DNA of 64,000 bases from Alkalispirochaeta sp. (GCA_046540055.1 JBKHFT010000001.1:12276-76275), one strand, 5' to 3'; shown: positions 27,722 through 37,158, numbered from the stretch's first letter. Notes: generated by a model not told the origin, from the sequence alone. Numbers and translations: made by a program.

Positions 27722-28810
27722 TTACTGCGCCTGGAGCTGCGTCGCGATCGCCTCGCCGAGCTCGTGGGTCTTGGCGGTACCGCCCATATCCTTCGTCTTG
27801 ATCTCGCCCTTCCCGAGGACCGTCGCAACGGCGTTGTGAATATCCTCGGCGGCTTCCTGCTCACCCAGGTGTTCGAGCATCATCCGTACCGATTCGATCG
27901 TTGCCACGGGGTTCACGATCGCTTTGCCGGTGTACTTCGGTGCGGAGCCATGGATCGGCTCGAACATCGAGGGGTAGTCTTTCTCGGGGTTGAGGTTGGC
28001 CCCTGCGGCGAATCCCATACCGCCCTGAATCATCGCACCGAGGTCGGTGATGATGTCACCGAAGAGGTTTGACGCGACGATCACGTCGAAGTAGTCGGGG
28101 TTCTTCACGAACCACATCGTCATCGCATCGACGAGGGCCATATCGGTCTTGATGTCCGGGTAGTCCTGTGCAACCTGGTTGTACACGGAGTCCCAGAACA
28201 CCATCGAGTAGTTGAGGGCGTTCGACTTGGTGCAGTTGGTGACCATACCCACTTTGTCGCCGTCGCCGAGCTTCTTCCGTTTCCGGGCCATATCGAACGC
28301 GTACCGCATCGCCCGCTCGCACCCCTTCTGGGTGAAGTAGCCGGTCTGGGTCGCGAACCCTTCGGGCCGGCCCATCTTGAAGAACCCGCCCGCGCCGGAG
28401 TATTCGCCTTCGGTGTTCTCCCGAATCACCACCATGTCGAGGTTCTCCGGGGTGACACCCTTTACGGGAGAGTACACGCCGGGAAAGAGCTTGATCGGCC
28501 GTACGTTGACGTACTGGTCAAAGCCTTTGCGAATCGCCAGGAGCATCGTGAGACTGATGTGGTCGGGGACCTTGTTTGCATCGCCGATGCACCCGAGAAA
28601 GATCGAGTCGTAGGGTTTGAGGATCTCGAGGCCGTTTTCGGGCATCATCTCGCCGTGTTCGAGGTAGTAGTCGCAGCTCCAGTCGAACCAGGTGTTCTCG
28701 AATGTGATCGAATACTTTTTCGAGATCACATCGAGGACGCGTTCCGCCTCTTTCGTCACTTCCGGGCCGACACCGTCGCCGGGGATCATCGCAATTCTGA
28801 ACTCTTTCAT
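27722..28810 (-). CDS. Tartrate/D-malate dehydrogenase (decarboxylating) family, paralogue 1
   Basis: PGDGVG, VPDHISL, RENTEGEY, TKSNALNY, NLFGDIITD, EPIHGSAP. Confidence 0.88.
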   Translation of the reverse strand: MKEFRIAMIPGDGVGPEVTKEAERVLDVISKKYSITFENTWFDWSCDYYLEHGEMMPENGLEILKPYDSIFLGCIGDANKVPDHISLTMLLAIRKGFDQYVNVRPIKLFPGVYSPVKGVTPENLDMVVIRENTEGEYSGAGGFFKMGRPEGFATQTGYFTQKGCERAMRYAFDMARKRKKLGDGDKVGMVTNCTKSNALNYSMVFWDSVYNQVAQDYPDIKTDMALVDAMTMWFVKNPDYFDVIVASNLFGDIITDLGAMIQGGMGFAAGANLNPEKDYPSMFEPIHGSAPKYTGKAIVNPVATIESVRMMLEHLGEQEAAEDIHNAVATVLGKGEIKTKDMGGTAKTHELGEAIATQLQAQ

Positions 28811-28839
28811 CCCTTTCCTCTCCTCTTGTGTTGCGCCCG

Positions 28840-30108
28840 TTACGCGTACGGGCCGGTTCCCTTCGTTCTGTGTTCCCACGCCGTTTCCATCGCCGCGATA
28901 AGGGGCAGCTTCTTGCCGCTCAGAAAACGGACCATCGCCCCTCCGGCGGTGCAGATGTAGGACATCTTTTTCGGATCGGTGAAGCGGCTCGTAGCACTGA
29001 CACTGTCACCGCCACCGACAACGCTGTACCCCGGCGCGTCGGCGATCGCCCGCCAGAGCTCCCGGGTGCCGATCTCCCATTTCGCCTCTTCGAACACCCC
29101 GGCGGGACCGTTCACGAAGATCGTTCCCGCAGTTGCGATCACCTCTTTGTACGTTGCGATCGTCCGGCTCCCGATATCGGGAAAGAGCCCGTCCGGCAGG
29201 TCTCCGTCGATCCCGACTTCGGCGCGGGAACCGTCCGGCTTCTCGTATGCAAGGTCCAGAGGATAGCGGATACGCCCCGGGTAATCGGCGAGATATGTGC
29301 GCGCCGGCTCGATAAACGCGTCGAGGCTTCGCTTTTTCAGGAACTCGTCTACCCTCGAGCCGAGGGAGTAGCCGTCGGCGAGGAGGAAGACGAGACCGGT
29401 GACACCCACGGTGAGGATCGTATCGGCGCTCCCGTTGGAGAGAACCTGCTCCATCATCCCGAAGGCGTCGGAGATCTTCGCTCCCCCGAGGAGAAAGACC
29501 GCCGGCCGGGGTGGCTCCTCCATCACCGTCGTCAGGGCGCTCACTTCGTCGAAGAAGAGGGTCCCCGCGGCGGAGGGAAGAACTTCCTGGAAGGCGACCA
29601 TACTCGGCGCGTTCCGGTGGGCCGCGGCGAAGGCGTCGTTGATGTAGAGATCAAAGAGGGGTGCCAGGCTCCGGACGAGCCAGGTTCCGGTCATCTCCGG
29701 CGCGGTGAGGGGTACGTTATTCTCGAAGCTGCTCACCTCTTCGGTGAGGTACCGCAGGTTTCCGAGAATGATCAGTTCCCCCGGCTGGAGCGCTTTCACC
29801 GCTTCCACCGCGGCGGGGCCGCAGACGTCGTCGATGTAGCGCACCTCCCGACCGAGCAGTTCCGTCAACCGTTCCGCCTGTTCCGCCAGGGGAATCAGGT
29901 TCTGGTAGTCCAGGGTGTCCCCCTGGTGGGCGATGATCGCGATCGCCGCCTCCTGCTCGAGGAGGTACTCCAGGGTGGGCAGGCTCTTGCGGATACGGTT
30001 GTCGCTGACGATCTTCTTCGTCTTCGGATCGATCGGTGAATTGATGTCGAGGCGGAGGAGCACTTTCTTCCGGTGCAGCTCCACCTCTTTCATGCTCGTG
30101 ATCTTCAT
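28840..30108 (-). CDS. pgk: Phosphoglycerate kinase homologue (archaeal-like, atypical substrate site)
   Basis: RLDINSP, NDAFAAAHR, GGAKISD, NGPAGVFE, GGGDS, TAGGA; HQGD in place of HxGR. Confidence 0.85.
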   Translation of the reverse strand: MKITSMKEVELHRKKVLLRLDINSPIDPKTKKIVSDNRIRKSLPTLEYLLEQEAAIAIIAHQGDTLDYQNLIPLAEQAERLTELLGREVRYIDDVCGPAAVEAVKALQPGELIILGNLRYLTEEVSSFENNVPLTAPEMTGTWLVRSLAPLFDLYINDAFAAAHRNAPSMVAFQEVLPSAAGTLFFDEVSALTTVMEEPPRPAVFLLGGAKISDAFGMMEQVLSNGSADTILTVGVTGLVFLLADGYSLGSRVDEFLKKRSLDAFIEPARTYLADYPGRIRYPLDLAYEKPDGSRAEVGIDGDLPDGLFPDIGSRTIATYKEVIATAGTIFVNGPAGVFEEAKWEIGTRELWRAIADAPGYSVVGGGDSVSATSRFTDPKKMSYICTAGGAMVRFLSGKKLPLIAAMETAWEHRTKGTGPYA

Positions 30109-31124
30109 CGCGCTTTCATGTTCAGGTATTCGTTGGTCTTCGCCGTTCCCTCTTCCCGGGTGGTCTGCATCTTCATCGCCGCGCGGACGGCGTCGATATT
30201 TTCGGGGATAACGACCGCCTCCTGGGGAATGTTGATCGCAAACATGATGTCGTCACCGGACATCACGATGCTCTCCTCCCAGACGGCGATCTCGTACATG
30301 TCGCCCCGGGGATTCCCGAGGTCCCGGGCGTACTTGAAGAGGCTGGCGTTCCCGAGGAACCCGTCCTCGAGGCGAACAACCCGGACCCGTGGATGGGCGT
30401 GGAAGATCTCCAGGAGTTTCTCCTTGCTGATCTTGTCTCTCGTGGATACCACGGGGGTGATGATGTGCCCGTGGGTCACGGGGGTATGCACGAGAATTCC
30501 CGTTGCGTCGACGTGGGGCATGATCGTCATCAGATCCTCCGCCTGGTGGCTTGGCGCGTGGTCGACTTTCAGCGCGTTGGTAAGCCCGCGATGGTAGTCG
30601 CCGGGGTCGGCGACACGGCGAATGATCGTGATCGCCGTCTTGGGTACCCCCACGGCGCGGTCGATCGCATCGATCGCACGGATCAGTCCGGTAGTATTGC
30701 AGCTCGTCAGCTTCAGGTAGTCTGCACCGACGCCCTTCTCGTAGTTGGCGTAGCCGTGGAAGAAGACGTCGGCGATATCGTTCGTCTCGCCACCCTGGAA
30801 CACCGCCTTGGTGTTGTACTTCCGGTAGAGTTCCTTGTTCTTCGCACCGATACCCGCGCTGGTAGCGTCGAGCATGATATCCACTTCCTGCACCAGCTCT
30901 TCGAGGGTACCGCTCACGGGGATACCCGCGTCGGTGAGGAGGTTCTTCTTCTCCGGGACCGCGGTAAAGAGCTTGTACGGCATTCCCCGCTCGGCGAGGG
31001 CGCGCACCGGCAGCGTCGGGGCGACGTCGGCGACACCGACAAGTTCCATATCTCCCTGGGCGGCCACGCCGTCGGCGAGACGCTGTCCGATCACTCCGTA
31101 TCCTGCAACTCCAACTTTCGTCAT
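30105..31124 (-). CDS. gap: Type II (archaeal-type) glyceraldehyde-3-phosphate dehydrogenase homologue
   Basis: GYGVIGQRLAD, FQGGE, SCNTTGL, RRVADP, QEAVVIPENIDAVRA. Confidence 0.9.
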   Translation of the reverse strand: MTKVGVAGYGVIGQRLADGVAAQGDMELVGVADVAPTLPVRALAERGMPYKLFTAVPEKKNLLTDAGIPVSGTLEELVQEVDIMLDATSAGIGAKNKELYRKYNTKAVFQGGETNDIADVFFHGYANYEKGVGADYLKLTSCNTTGLIRAIDAIDRAVGVPKTAITIIRRVADPGDYHRGLTNALKVDHAPSHQAEDLMTIMPHVDATGILVHTPVTHGHIITPVVSTRDKISKEKLLEIFHAHPRVRVVRLEDGFLGNASLFKYARDLGNPRGDMYEIAVWEESIVMSGDDIMFAINIPQEAVVIPENIDAVRAAMKMQTTREEGTAKTNEYLNMKAR

Positions 31125-31143
31125 CTCTCTGCTCCTCTCTGTG

Positions 31144-32148
31144 TTATTGTTGTTTCTTCTTCAACGTCTCACGCACCCGGTCGGCGATCCGGGCAGCAGT
31201 GAGGCCGTACCGTTCCATCAGGTAATCCACGAGACCGACCTCGCCGAAGAGATCCATGATCCCGTGGCGCACCACCAGCGTCGGATACCGCTCGGCGAGC
31301 TCCTCGGCGACGGCGCTGCCGAGACCGTTCTTCACCTGGTGGTTCTCGCAGGTCACGATCGCCCCGGTCTTCCGGGCGTACTCCTCGAGGAGATCACCGT
31401 CGACGGGCTTGATCGAGTACATGTCAAGGACCGCGACACTGACCCCCTCCTTCTCGAGGAGTTCCGCCGCCTTCAGACTCTCGGGAACGCAGATGCTTCC
31501 AGCGGCGACGATCGTGATGTCCTTGCCGTCGCGAAGGACCTTTCCTTTTCCGAGGGGGAACGTCTCACCCTCGGCGTAGATCCGGGGAGCCCCTTTGCGC
31601 TGGATCCGCATGTAGGTGCAGCCCCGATGGTCCACGAGGCGGGGGATGATCTCCTCTGCGGCGACCTCGTCGGCGGGTTCCACGATCACCAGGTCGGGGA
31701 TCACCCGGGTAAGGGCGATATCCTCGAAGGGCATGTGGGTTCCCCCGTTGAACTCGGCAGAGACCCCGGGGTCGGTACCGACGAGTTTCACGTTCTGCCG
31801 CGCGTAGTTCGCGCTGATAAAAAACTGGTCGAAGGCGCGGCGGGTAGCGAAACAGGCGAAGGTCGTGGGAAAGGGGATCTTGCCCATCGTGGAGAGTCCG
31901 GCGCTGACGCCGACCATGTTTGCCTCGGCGACGCCCATGTTGATGCCCCGATCGGGAAAACGCTTCTGGAAGTTGATCGTCTTGTGGGCGCTCATCAGGT
32001 CCGCATCGAGGAGAATGATCCGCTCATCCTTCTCGGCGAGCCTGATCAGCGTCTCGACGTAGGCGGCGCGCATCTCTTTGCTGCCCTCGGCCATGAACGG
32101 TGCGTACAGTTTTGCCGGTGCCGTTGCGTTGTTGTTGCCGGTACTCAT
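31144..32148 (-). CDS. Transketolase, C-terminal subunit (pair 1)
   Basis: LDADL, GVAEANM, RAFDQ, GGTH, IKP, ENH..GLG. Confidence 0.9.
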   Translation of the reverse strand: MSTGNNNATAPAKLYAPFMAEGSKEMRAAYVETLIRLAEKDERIILLDADLMSAHKTINFQKRFPDRGINMGVAEANMVGVSAGLSTMGKIPFPTTFACFATRRAFDQFFISANYARQNVKLVGTDPGVSAEFNGGTHMPFEDIALTRVIPDLVIVEPADEVAAEEIIPRLVDHRGCTYMRIQRKGAPRIYAEGETFPLGKGKVLRDGKDITIVAAGSICVPESLKAAELLEKEGVSVAVLDMYSIKPVDGDLLEEYARKTGAIVTCENHQVKNGLGSAVAEELAERYPTLVVRHGIMDLFGEVGLVDYLMERYGLTAARIADRVRETLKKKQQ

Positions 32149-32984
32149 TGTGCCGCCTCCTGTGCCCGGAGGGCCGCGATCATCTGCTGCGCCTCTTCCA
32201 TGCCGAAGTTCATGCTGTGGTTGGCGGGATTCCCCTCGGCGATCGCGGCTCCCTTCCCTTTCACCGTATCGAGAATGATCATACTCGGGCGGCACTGTTC
32301 CGCTTTCGCCCGCTCGATCGCGAGGTCGAGCTGCTGGAAGTCGTGACCGTCGATGCGCTGGACGAACCACCCGAAGGCGAGCCACTTCGCGTTGAGATCC
32401 TCGACGTTCATGATGTCCGTCATCCACCCGTCGAGCTGCATCTTGTTGTAGTCGGTAAAGGCGATCAGGTTGGAGAGCTTGAACTGGGGAGCGCTCTGCG
32501 CGGCCTCCCAGACCTGCCCCTCGTTACTCTCGCCGTCACCGATGATGCAGAAGGTGTTGCGGTCGCGCTTGTCGATTTTGTTCGCCAGGGCGATCCCGAC
32601 GGCGGCGCTCAGGCCCTGCCCGAGACTCCCGGCGGTCATGTCGATCCCGGGGGTGCGGTTCATGTCGGCGTGGCTCGGCAGATTGGTACCCCCCACGTTG
32701 AGGGTGTGGAGCCAATCGGTCGGGAAGAAGCCGTGATACGCCAGCGTCGAATAGAGCGCCGGTCCCGCATGACCCTTACTCAGGACCAGCCGGTCCCGAT
32801 CCGGTTTCCCCGGATTGTCCGGATCGATCCGCATGTGCCTGCGATAGAGTATCGACAGCACCTCGACGATCGACATCGATCCGCCGATGTGCCCTTTCCC
32901 GAGAAACCCGATCATATCGATCGTGAGCGCCCGGATCTCGAGGGCGTCCTTCTTCAGGATCGCGATATCTTCTTTCGTCAGCAT
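32145..32984 (-). CDS. Transketolase, N-terminal ThDP-binding subunit (pair 1)
   Basis: GHIGGS, SKGHAGPALY, GSLGQG, GDGESNEG..WE, TVKGKG. Confidence 0.92.
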   Translation of the reverse strand: MLTKEDIAILKKDALEIRALTIDMIGFLGKGHIGGSMSIVEVLSILYRRHMRIDPDNPGKPDRDRLVLSKGHAGPALYSTLAYHGFFPTDWLHTLNVGGTNLPSHADMNRTPGIDMTAGSLGQGLSAAVGIALANKIDKRDRNTFCIIGDGESNEGQVWEAAQSAPQFKLSNLIAFTDYNKMQLDGWMTDIMNVEDLNAKWLAFGWFVQRIDGHDFQQLDLAIERAKAEQCRPSMIILDTVKGKGAAIAEGNPANHSMNFGMEEAQQMIAALRAQEAAQ

Positions 32985-33024
32985 CCCCGCACCTCACTCC
33001 TCTCATGCCTCACGGCATGCATCA

Positions 33025-33074
33025 TATTATCAGACAATTGCGTACATTATGGGGTGTCCCCTCCCGGTTGTCAA
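33025..33074 (-). promoter_or_regulatory. Promoter TTGACA-17-CATAAT with a GntR-type operator TATTATCAGACAAT (33025-33038)
   Basis: Consensus boxes at 33074-33069 and 33051-33046; the operator is the exact reverse complement of 36107-36120. Confidence 0.7.
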
Positions 33075-33110
33075 AGGGAAAGCTACGGAAACCGGAACTT
33101 TCCCGGGACA

Positions 33111-33136
33111 ATTTCACAACACCATTGTGGATACTG
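33111..33136. promoter_or_regulatory. 26-bp shared upstream element, copy 1
   Basis: ATTTCACAACACCATTGTGGATACTG; 24/26 identical to 55798-55823. Confidence 0.6.
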
Positions 33137-33144
33137 ACCGGAGT

Positions 33145-35046
33145 TCAGTACTTCCGTGCCTTCTCCATCTGTTCTTCGAGTTCTTTCCGGGCGCTCTGGA
33201 CGCCTGTGCTCGCGGAGACCTCCGGGACGCCGACGCGCCACCAGCTCTCGTAGCCGTGGGTCATCGATTTTTGCGTGACCTTCACGTCGATCACGACGGG
33301 GCCTTCGGCGGTGCGGGCGGTTTCGATCGCCCCGGCGAGTTCGTCGAGGGTGCGGACGGTGATCCCCGTCGCGCCGTATCCTTCGGCGATCTTCGCGTAG
33401 TCCACCGTCAGGTAGTCGCCCAGGAGTTTCCGCTCGTTTCCGCCGTAGGGTGCCCCCGGTCCGTCGGCCCCGGCGGTGCGCTTCCGCCACTCGTTGGCGT
33501 AGCTCGAAATCCCCTGGTTGGTCTGGAGGTTGTCGATCACCTGGAAGCCGTGGTTGTCGAAGACGATGATCGTGAACCTGATTCCCTCCTGCACCGCAGA
33601 GAGGAGCTCGCTGTGGAGCATCACGAATCCTCCGTCCCCGACAAGGGCGTAGACATCCCGGTCCCGTCCCGTGGCGATCTGCGCACCGTAGGCGGCGTTT
33701 ACCTCGTAGCCCATGCAGGAGAAGCCGTACTCCATGTGGTAGGTGTCCCGCTCACGAGGGCGCCAGACGCGCTGCATGTCTCCGGGAAGACTCCCGGAGG
33801 CGCTTACCACTACGTCTCCCGGCCTCAGGAGCTTCTCGTTGAGTTCACCGAGGACGCGGGTCTGGCTGAGCCCCGCGGGGTCGTCGGTGGCGTAGAGGCG
33901 GTCCACCTCGGCGTTCCACGCGGTTCCGACCGACTCGACCTCGTCGGTGTATCCACTCCGGTACCCTTCCTGCACGAGGGCGGCGGTGAGCTGCTCGAGG
34001 GCGACCCGGGCGTCGGCGATGAACGGCTCGGCGTCCATCTTGCAGGAGTCGAAGGAGTTGACGTTGATCGTCATCACCGTGAGGTCGGGGTTCTGGAAGG
34101 CGACCTTACTGGCGGTGGTGAAATCACCGAGACGTGTGCCCACTGCGAGAAGGAGGTCCGCATCCCGGGCGATCACGTTCGCCGCCTCTCCGCCGGTGAC
34201 GCCGATTCCCCCGAGGTTCCACTTGTGGTCCCACGGGACGGTGCCCTTCCCCGCCTGGGTCTCCCCGAAGGGGATACCGAAGCGTTCGGCGAAAGAGGCC
34301 AAGGCGTCACCGGCGTCGGAGTAGCGCACCCCGCCGCCGCAGATCATCAGCGGCTTCCGGCTGCCGGTTATCATCCGAACCGCTCGCCTGAGGGCGGCAT
34401 CGCTCAACGCTCGGCGTTCCACATGGTGAACCCGCTTCCGGAAAAACTCCTCGGGGTAGTCGTAACTCTCGGCCTGGGAGTCCTGGGGGAGTCCGATCGT
34501 GACCGCTCCCGTTTCGGCGGGGTCCGTAAGGACGCGCATCGCGTTGATGAGGGTGCTCATCAGCTGTTCCGGGCGGGTGACGCGGTCCCAGTACTTGCTC
34601 ACCGCCTTGAACGCGTCGTTGGCGGTGATGTTGGGATTGTGCCCGTGCTCGACCTGCTGGAGAACCGGGTCGGGCTGGCGGTCGGCGTAGGTGTCGCCGG
34701 GAAGGAAGAGGACGGGAATGCGGTTGACCGTGGCGGTCCCCGCGGCGGTGACCATGTTGAGGGCGCCGGGGCCGACGGAGCTGGTCACCGCGTAGATCCT
34801 GCGGCGGTTGTGCTGCTTGGCGAACCCGATCGCCGCGTGGGCCATCGCCTGCTCGTTCTTTCCCTGCCGGAAGATGAGGTTGTGTTCCGTCTCGACGATC
34901 GCTTCGCCGAAGCCGACGACGTTTCCGTGCCCGAAGATTCCGAAGATCCCTTCGACGAACTTCGTCTCCTCACCGTCGATCTCGATGTACTGGTTGTCCA
35001 GGAAGCGCAGAAGCGCCTGAGCCATCGTCATTCGTACTGTGTTCAC
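33145..35046 (-). CDS. iolD: 3D-(3,5/4)-trihydroxycyclohexane-1,2-dione acylhydrolase, copy 2
   Basis: TMAQAL, IFGHGNV, RQPDPVLQQ, HMEYGFSCMGYE, GDG, WWRVG; GTG start after SD AAGGAGG. Confidence 0.93.
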   Translation of the reverse strand: MNTVRMTMAQALLRFLDNQYIEIDGEETKFVEGIFGIFGHGNVVGFGEAIVETEHNLIFRQGKNEQAMAHAAIGFAKQHNRRRIYAVTSSVGPGALNMVTAAGTATVNRIPVLFLPGDTYADRQPDPVLQQVEHGHNPNITANDAFKAVSKYWDRVTRPEQLMSTLINAMRVLTDPAETGAVTIGLPQDSQAESYDYPEEFFRKRVHHVERRALSDAALRRAVRMITGSRKPLMICGGGVRYSDAGDALASFAERFGIPFGETQAGKGTVPWDHKWNLGGIGVTGGEAANVIARDADLLLAVGTRLGDFTTASKVAFQNPDLTVMTINVNSFDSCKMDAEPFIADARVALEQLTAALVQEGYRSGYTDEVESVGTAWNAEVDRLYATDDPAGLSQTRVLGELNEKLLRPGDVVVSASGSLPGDMQRVWRPRERDTYHMEYGFSCMGYEVNAAYGAQIATGRDRDVYALVGDGGFVMLHSELLSAVQEGIRFTIIVFDNHGFQVIDNLQTNQGISSYANEWRKRTAGADGPGAPYGGNERKLLGDYLTVDYAKIAEGYGATGITVRTLDELAGAIETARTAEGPVVIDVKVTQKSMTHGYESWWRVGVPEVSASTGVQSARKELEEQMEKARKY

Positions 35047-35182
35047 GATCGTTCCTCCTTGATCGTCCGGTCGTGCGGCACCCGGCTGCGGGGGCGCCCC
35101 CCGCGGCATCGAGGCCGGGGGTGTTGCCACCGTGCCGTCGTGGCCGGGAGCGTTCCCCCTGGGCCGGGTGCCGAGGGGTGTA

Positions 35183-36040
35183 TCATCTGCCGTTGAGTTT
35201 TTCCTGGTGCGCCAGGACCGTCTCAAGATTCGCATCGGGCCAGATCGGTGCATCCCCGTCCATCACCCAGGTGTGTTCCTTCCGGAAGATCCGGGAGTCG
35301 GGACCGAAGCGATCGTCGGGCAGGTGGGGAATCATCCAGATGTAGTACATCGTGTATCCCGGTGCGGCACATTGCGAGTGAGTGAGCCCCGGAGGGATCG
35401 CGTAACTGTCTCCGTTGGTCACTTTGAACACCTCGTCTTCCTGTTCGGCGTGGCCCCAACCGTGTTCCGGGAAGAAGCGGTAGTGGTACACCTCCGGCTG
35501 GGCGTGGTCGTGGGGAGGGTAGCTCGACCACTTGCCGGGGTGGTTGATTACCTCTCCGAGGACCATCTCGCTCTCCGGGGCGGTGGCGGCGTCGAAGATC
35601 GTCCGGACCGTCCGGGTGCTGGTATCCTGGAGGGTACCCTCGCCGAAGCGGTCGGAGCGGTACTCGCCGGGTCTCCAGAGGCGCGGGGTAAAGGTCTTCG
35701 GATTCTTCACCTTCTGGATCGCGAGCTCCGATTCGCGGCCGATACTGGTGATCGTCACGGGGGTGCCCGTCGGGACGTGGAGCGCCGTCGGTTCCTGATC
35801 GAGGAGGTTCGTGCGTTCCACCTCCGCCGACTCCTCACCGTCGGGACCGGTCCACTGGAAGCGGACCTTCCCGGTCATGAGCAGGAACGCCCGTTCCTTG
35901 GCGTCGTCGCTGGAAAACGCCTCATCCGCCGCGAGTTTGAGAATACCGAAGTCCATCAGCATCTCCGGGTGGGTGCCGTCGATCTCGGTAACCGGGGTAT
36001 ATCCGACCGGAAAGGGTTGTCCCGTTCTCCGTATTATCAT
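35183..36040 (-). CDS. iolB: 5-deoxy-glucuronate isomerase, copy 2
   Basis: LGEVINHPGKWSSYPPHDHAQPEVYHYRF, APGYTMYYIW. Confidence 0.85.
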   Translation of the reverse strand: MIIRRTGQPFPVGYTPVTEIDGTHPEMLMDFGILKLAADEAFSSDDAKERAFLLMTGKVRFQWTGPDGEESAEVERTNLLDQEPTALHVPTGTPVTITSIGRESELAIQKVKNPKTFTPRLWRPGEYRSDRFGEGTLQDTSTRTVRTIFDAATAPESEMVLGEVINHPGKWSSYPPHDHAQPEVYHYRFFPEHGWGHAEQEDEVFKVTNGDSYAIPPGLTHSQCAAPGYTMYYIWMIPHLPDDRFGPDSRIFRKEHTWVMDGDAPIWPDANLETVLAHQEKLNGR

Positions 36041-36106
36041 CGTTCCTCCCGCCGCGACCGCCCTGAAATTCGCGACGGTCCGTACCACCGTCGCTCTGGA
36101 TCGCGT

Positions 36107-36155
36107 ATTGTCTGATAATAGGAAAAATTGTACCTGCGAACACGGCCGGTGTCAA
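36107..36155 (-). promoter_or_regulatory. Promoter TTGACA-17-TACAAT with operator ATTGTCTGATAATA (36107-36120)
   Basis: Boxes at 36155-36150 and 36132-36127. Confidence 0.7.
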
Positions 36156-36286
36156 ATCGAAATGGCAGCAAGGGGTGCTTCAGCGGGAGCCGACCGGGTC
36201 GCGGCGGGCGAGCCGGCAATGGCCGTTGATCGAGGGGGCGTGGCCGGTGGCCCGGGTTGCGGGCGGGCGAGCCGGGTGGACGTTGG

Positions 36287-37036
36287 TCACACGGTTCGAA
36301 GGTTGACCGTCCGGAGTGGTTCGACGTAGTGGTCGGGCACTCGATCGGTAATGAGGGTATGTATCCGGTCGAGATCCGCAACGGGGTAGATCGAGATCTT
36401 GTCGAACTTCGTCGAGTCCGCGATCAGATACCACCGGTGCGCCATCCGGGGGATCTGCGAGAAGATGCGGGTGCTGACGATCGAATCGACCGTGAGGCCC
36501 GCCTTGAGGTCAAGACCGGAGATGCTGGTGAACGCCTTGTTGACGAAGATGTGATCGAGCTGCGCGTGGGGGGAGTCCCAGCTCGAGAAGAGGGTCTCCT
36601 TGTCGGTGCTGGCGACCTCACCGCCGATCAGGTAGACCCGGGCGCCGTTGTGGAAGAGGTCCGGCAGGGCGGTGATGTTGTTCGTGAAAACGGTGAGATT
36701 GCTGAATCCCTTCAGTTCCCGTGCGAGAATACAGCAGGTCATGCCGGACCCGAGGAAGATCGAGTCGCCGTCGGCGATGTACTCCCGTGCCGCCCGGGCG
36801 AGAGCGGTACGCACCGGGTCGTCGTAGATCCGGTCGGCGGGCCCTCCGGGACGCTCCTCTTCGACCAGGGCGGCACCCCCGTAAAAGCGTGAGGCGATCC
36901 CCTCCTCGGCGAGGCGGGCGAGGTACTTTCGTATCGACACTTCGCTCACGGAATAACGGGAGCTGAGCTCGTTTACATAGACCTTCTTCTGTGACCGCAG
37001 CAGCTCGCGGATCTCGTCCAGTCGGTTCGTTGCCAT
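36287..37036 (-). CDS. DeoR/GlpR-family regulator
   Basis: VSEVSIRKYL..L, FYGGA, IFLGSGMT, TNN, ADSTKF. Confidence 0.9.
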   Translation of the reverse strand: MATNRLDEIRELLRSQKKVYVNELSSRYSVSEVSIRKYLARLAEEGIASRFYGGAALVEEERPGGPADRIYDDPVRTALARAAREYIADGDSIFLGSGMTCCILARELKGFSNLTVFTNNITALPDLFHNGARVYLIGGEVASTDKETLFSSWDSPHAQLDHIFVNKAFTSISGLDLKAGLTVDSIVSTRIFSQIPRMAHRWYLIADSTKFDKISIYPVADLDRIHTLITDRVPDHYVEPLRTVNLRTV

Positions 37037-37087
37037 CTCCTGCACCCTTTCGTCTCGATCATACAATGATACCGTAATCTGTTCAAT

Positions 37088-37158
37088 CGAAACTTAACCG
37101 AAACTTTACACTTTCTATCATAACTTATAGAATACCGAGTAACGTTCGAACGAAACTT
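37088..37158. promoter_or_regulatory. CGAAACTT direct repeats (putative DeoR operator)
   Basis: Copies at 37088, 37099 and 37151 in the divergent promoter region. Confidence 0.5.

Noticed and set aside
26494-28810. leuB (isopropylmalate dehydrogenase)
   Set aside because: VPDHISL and TKSN motifs fit the tartrate/D-malate branch, and there are no leu genes nearby.
33115-33129. NrdR or Rex box
   Set aside because: Spacer length and arm orientation do not match, and the gene context is unrelated.
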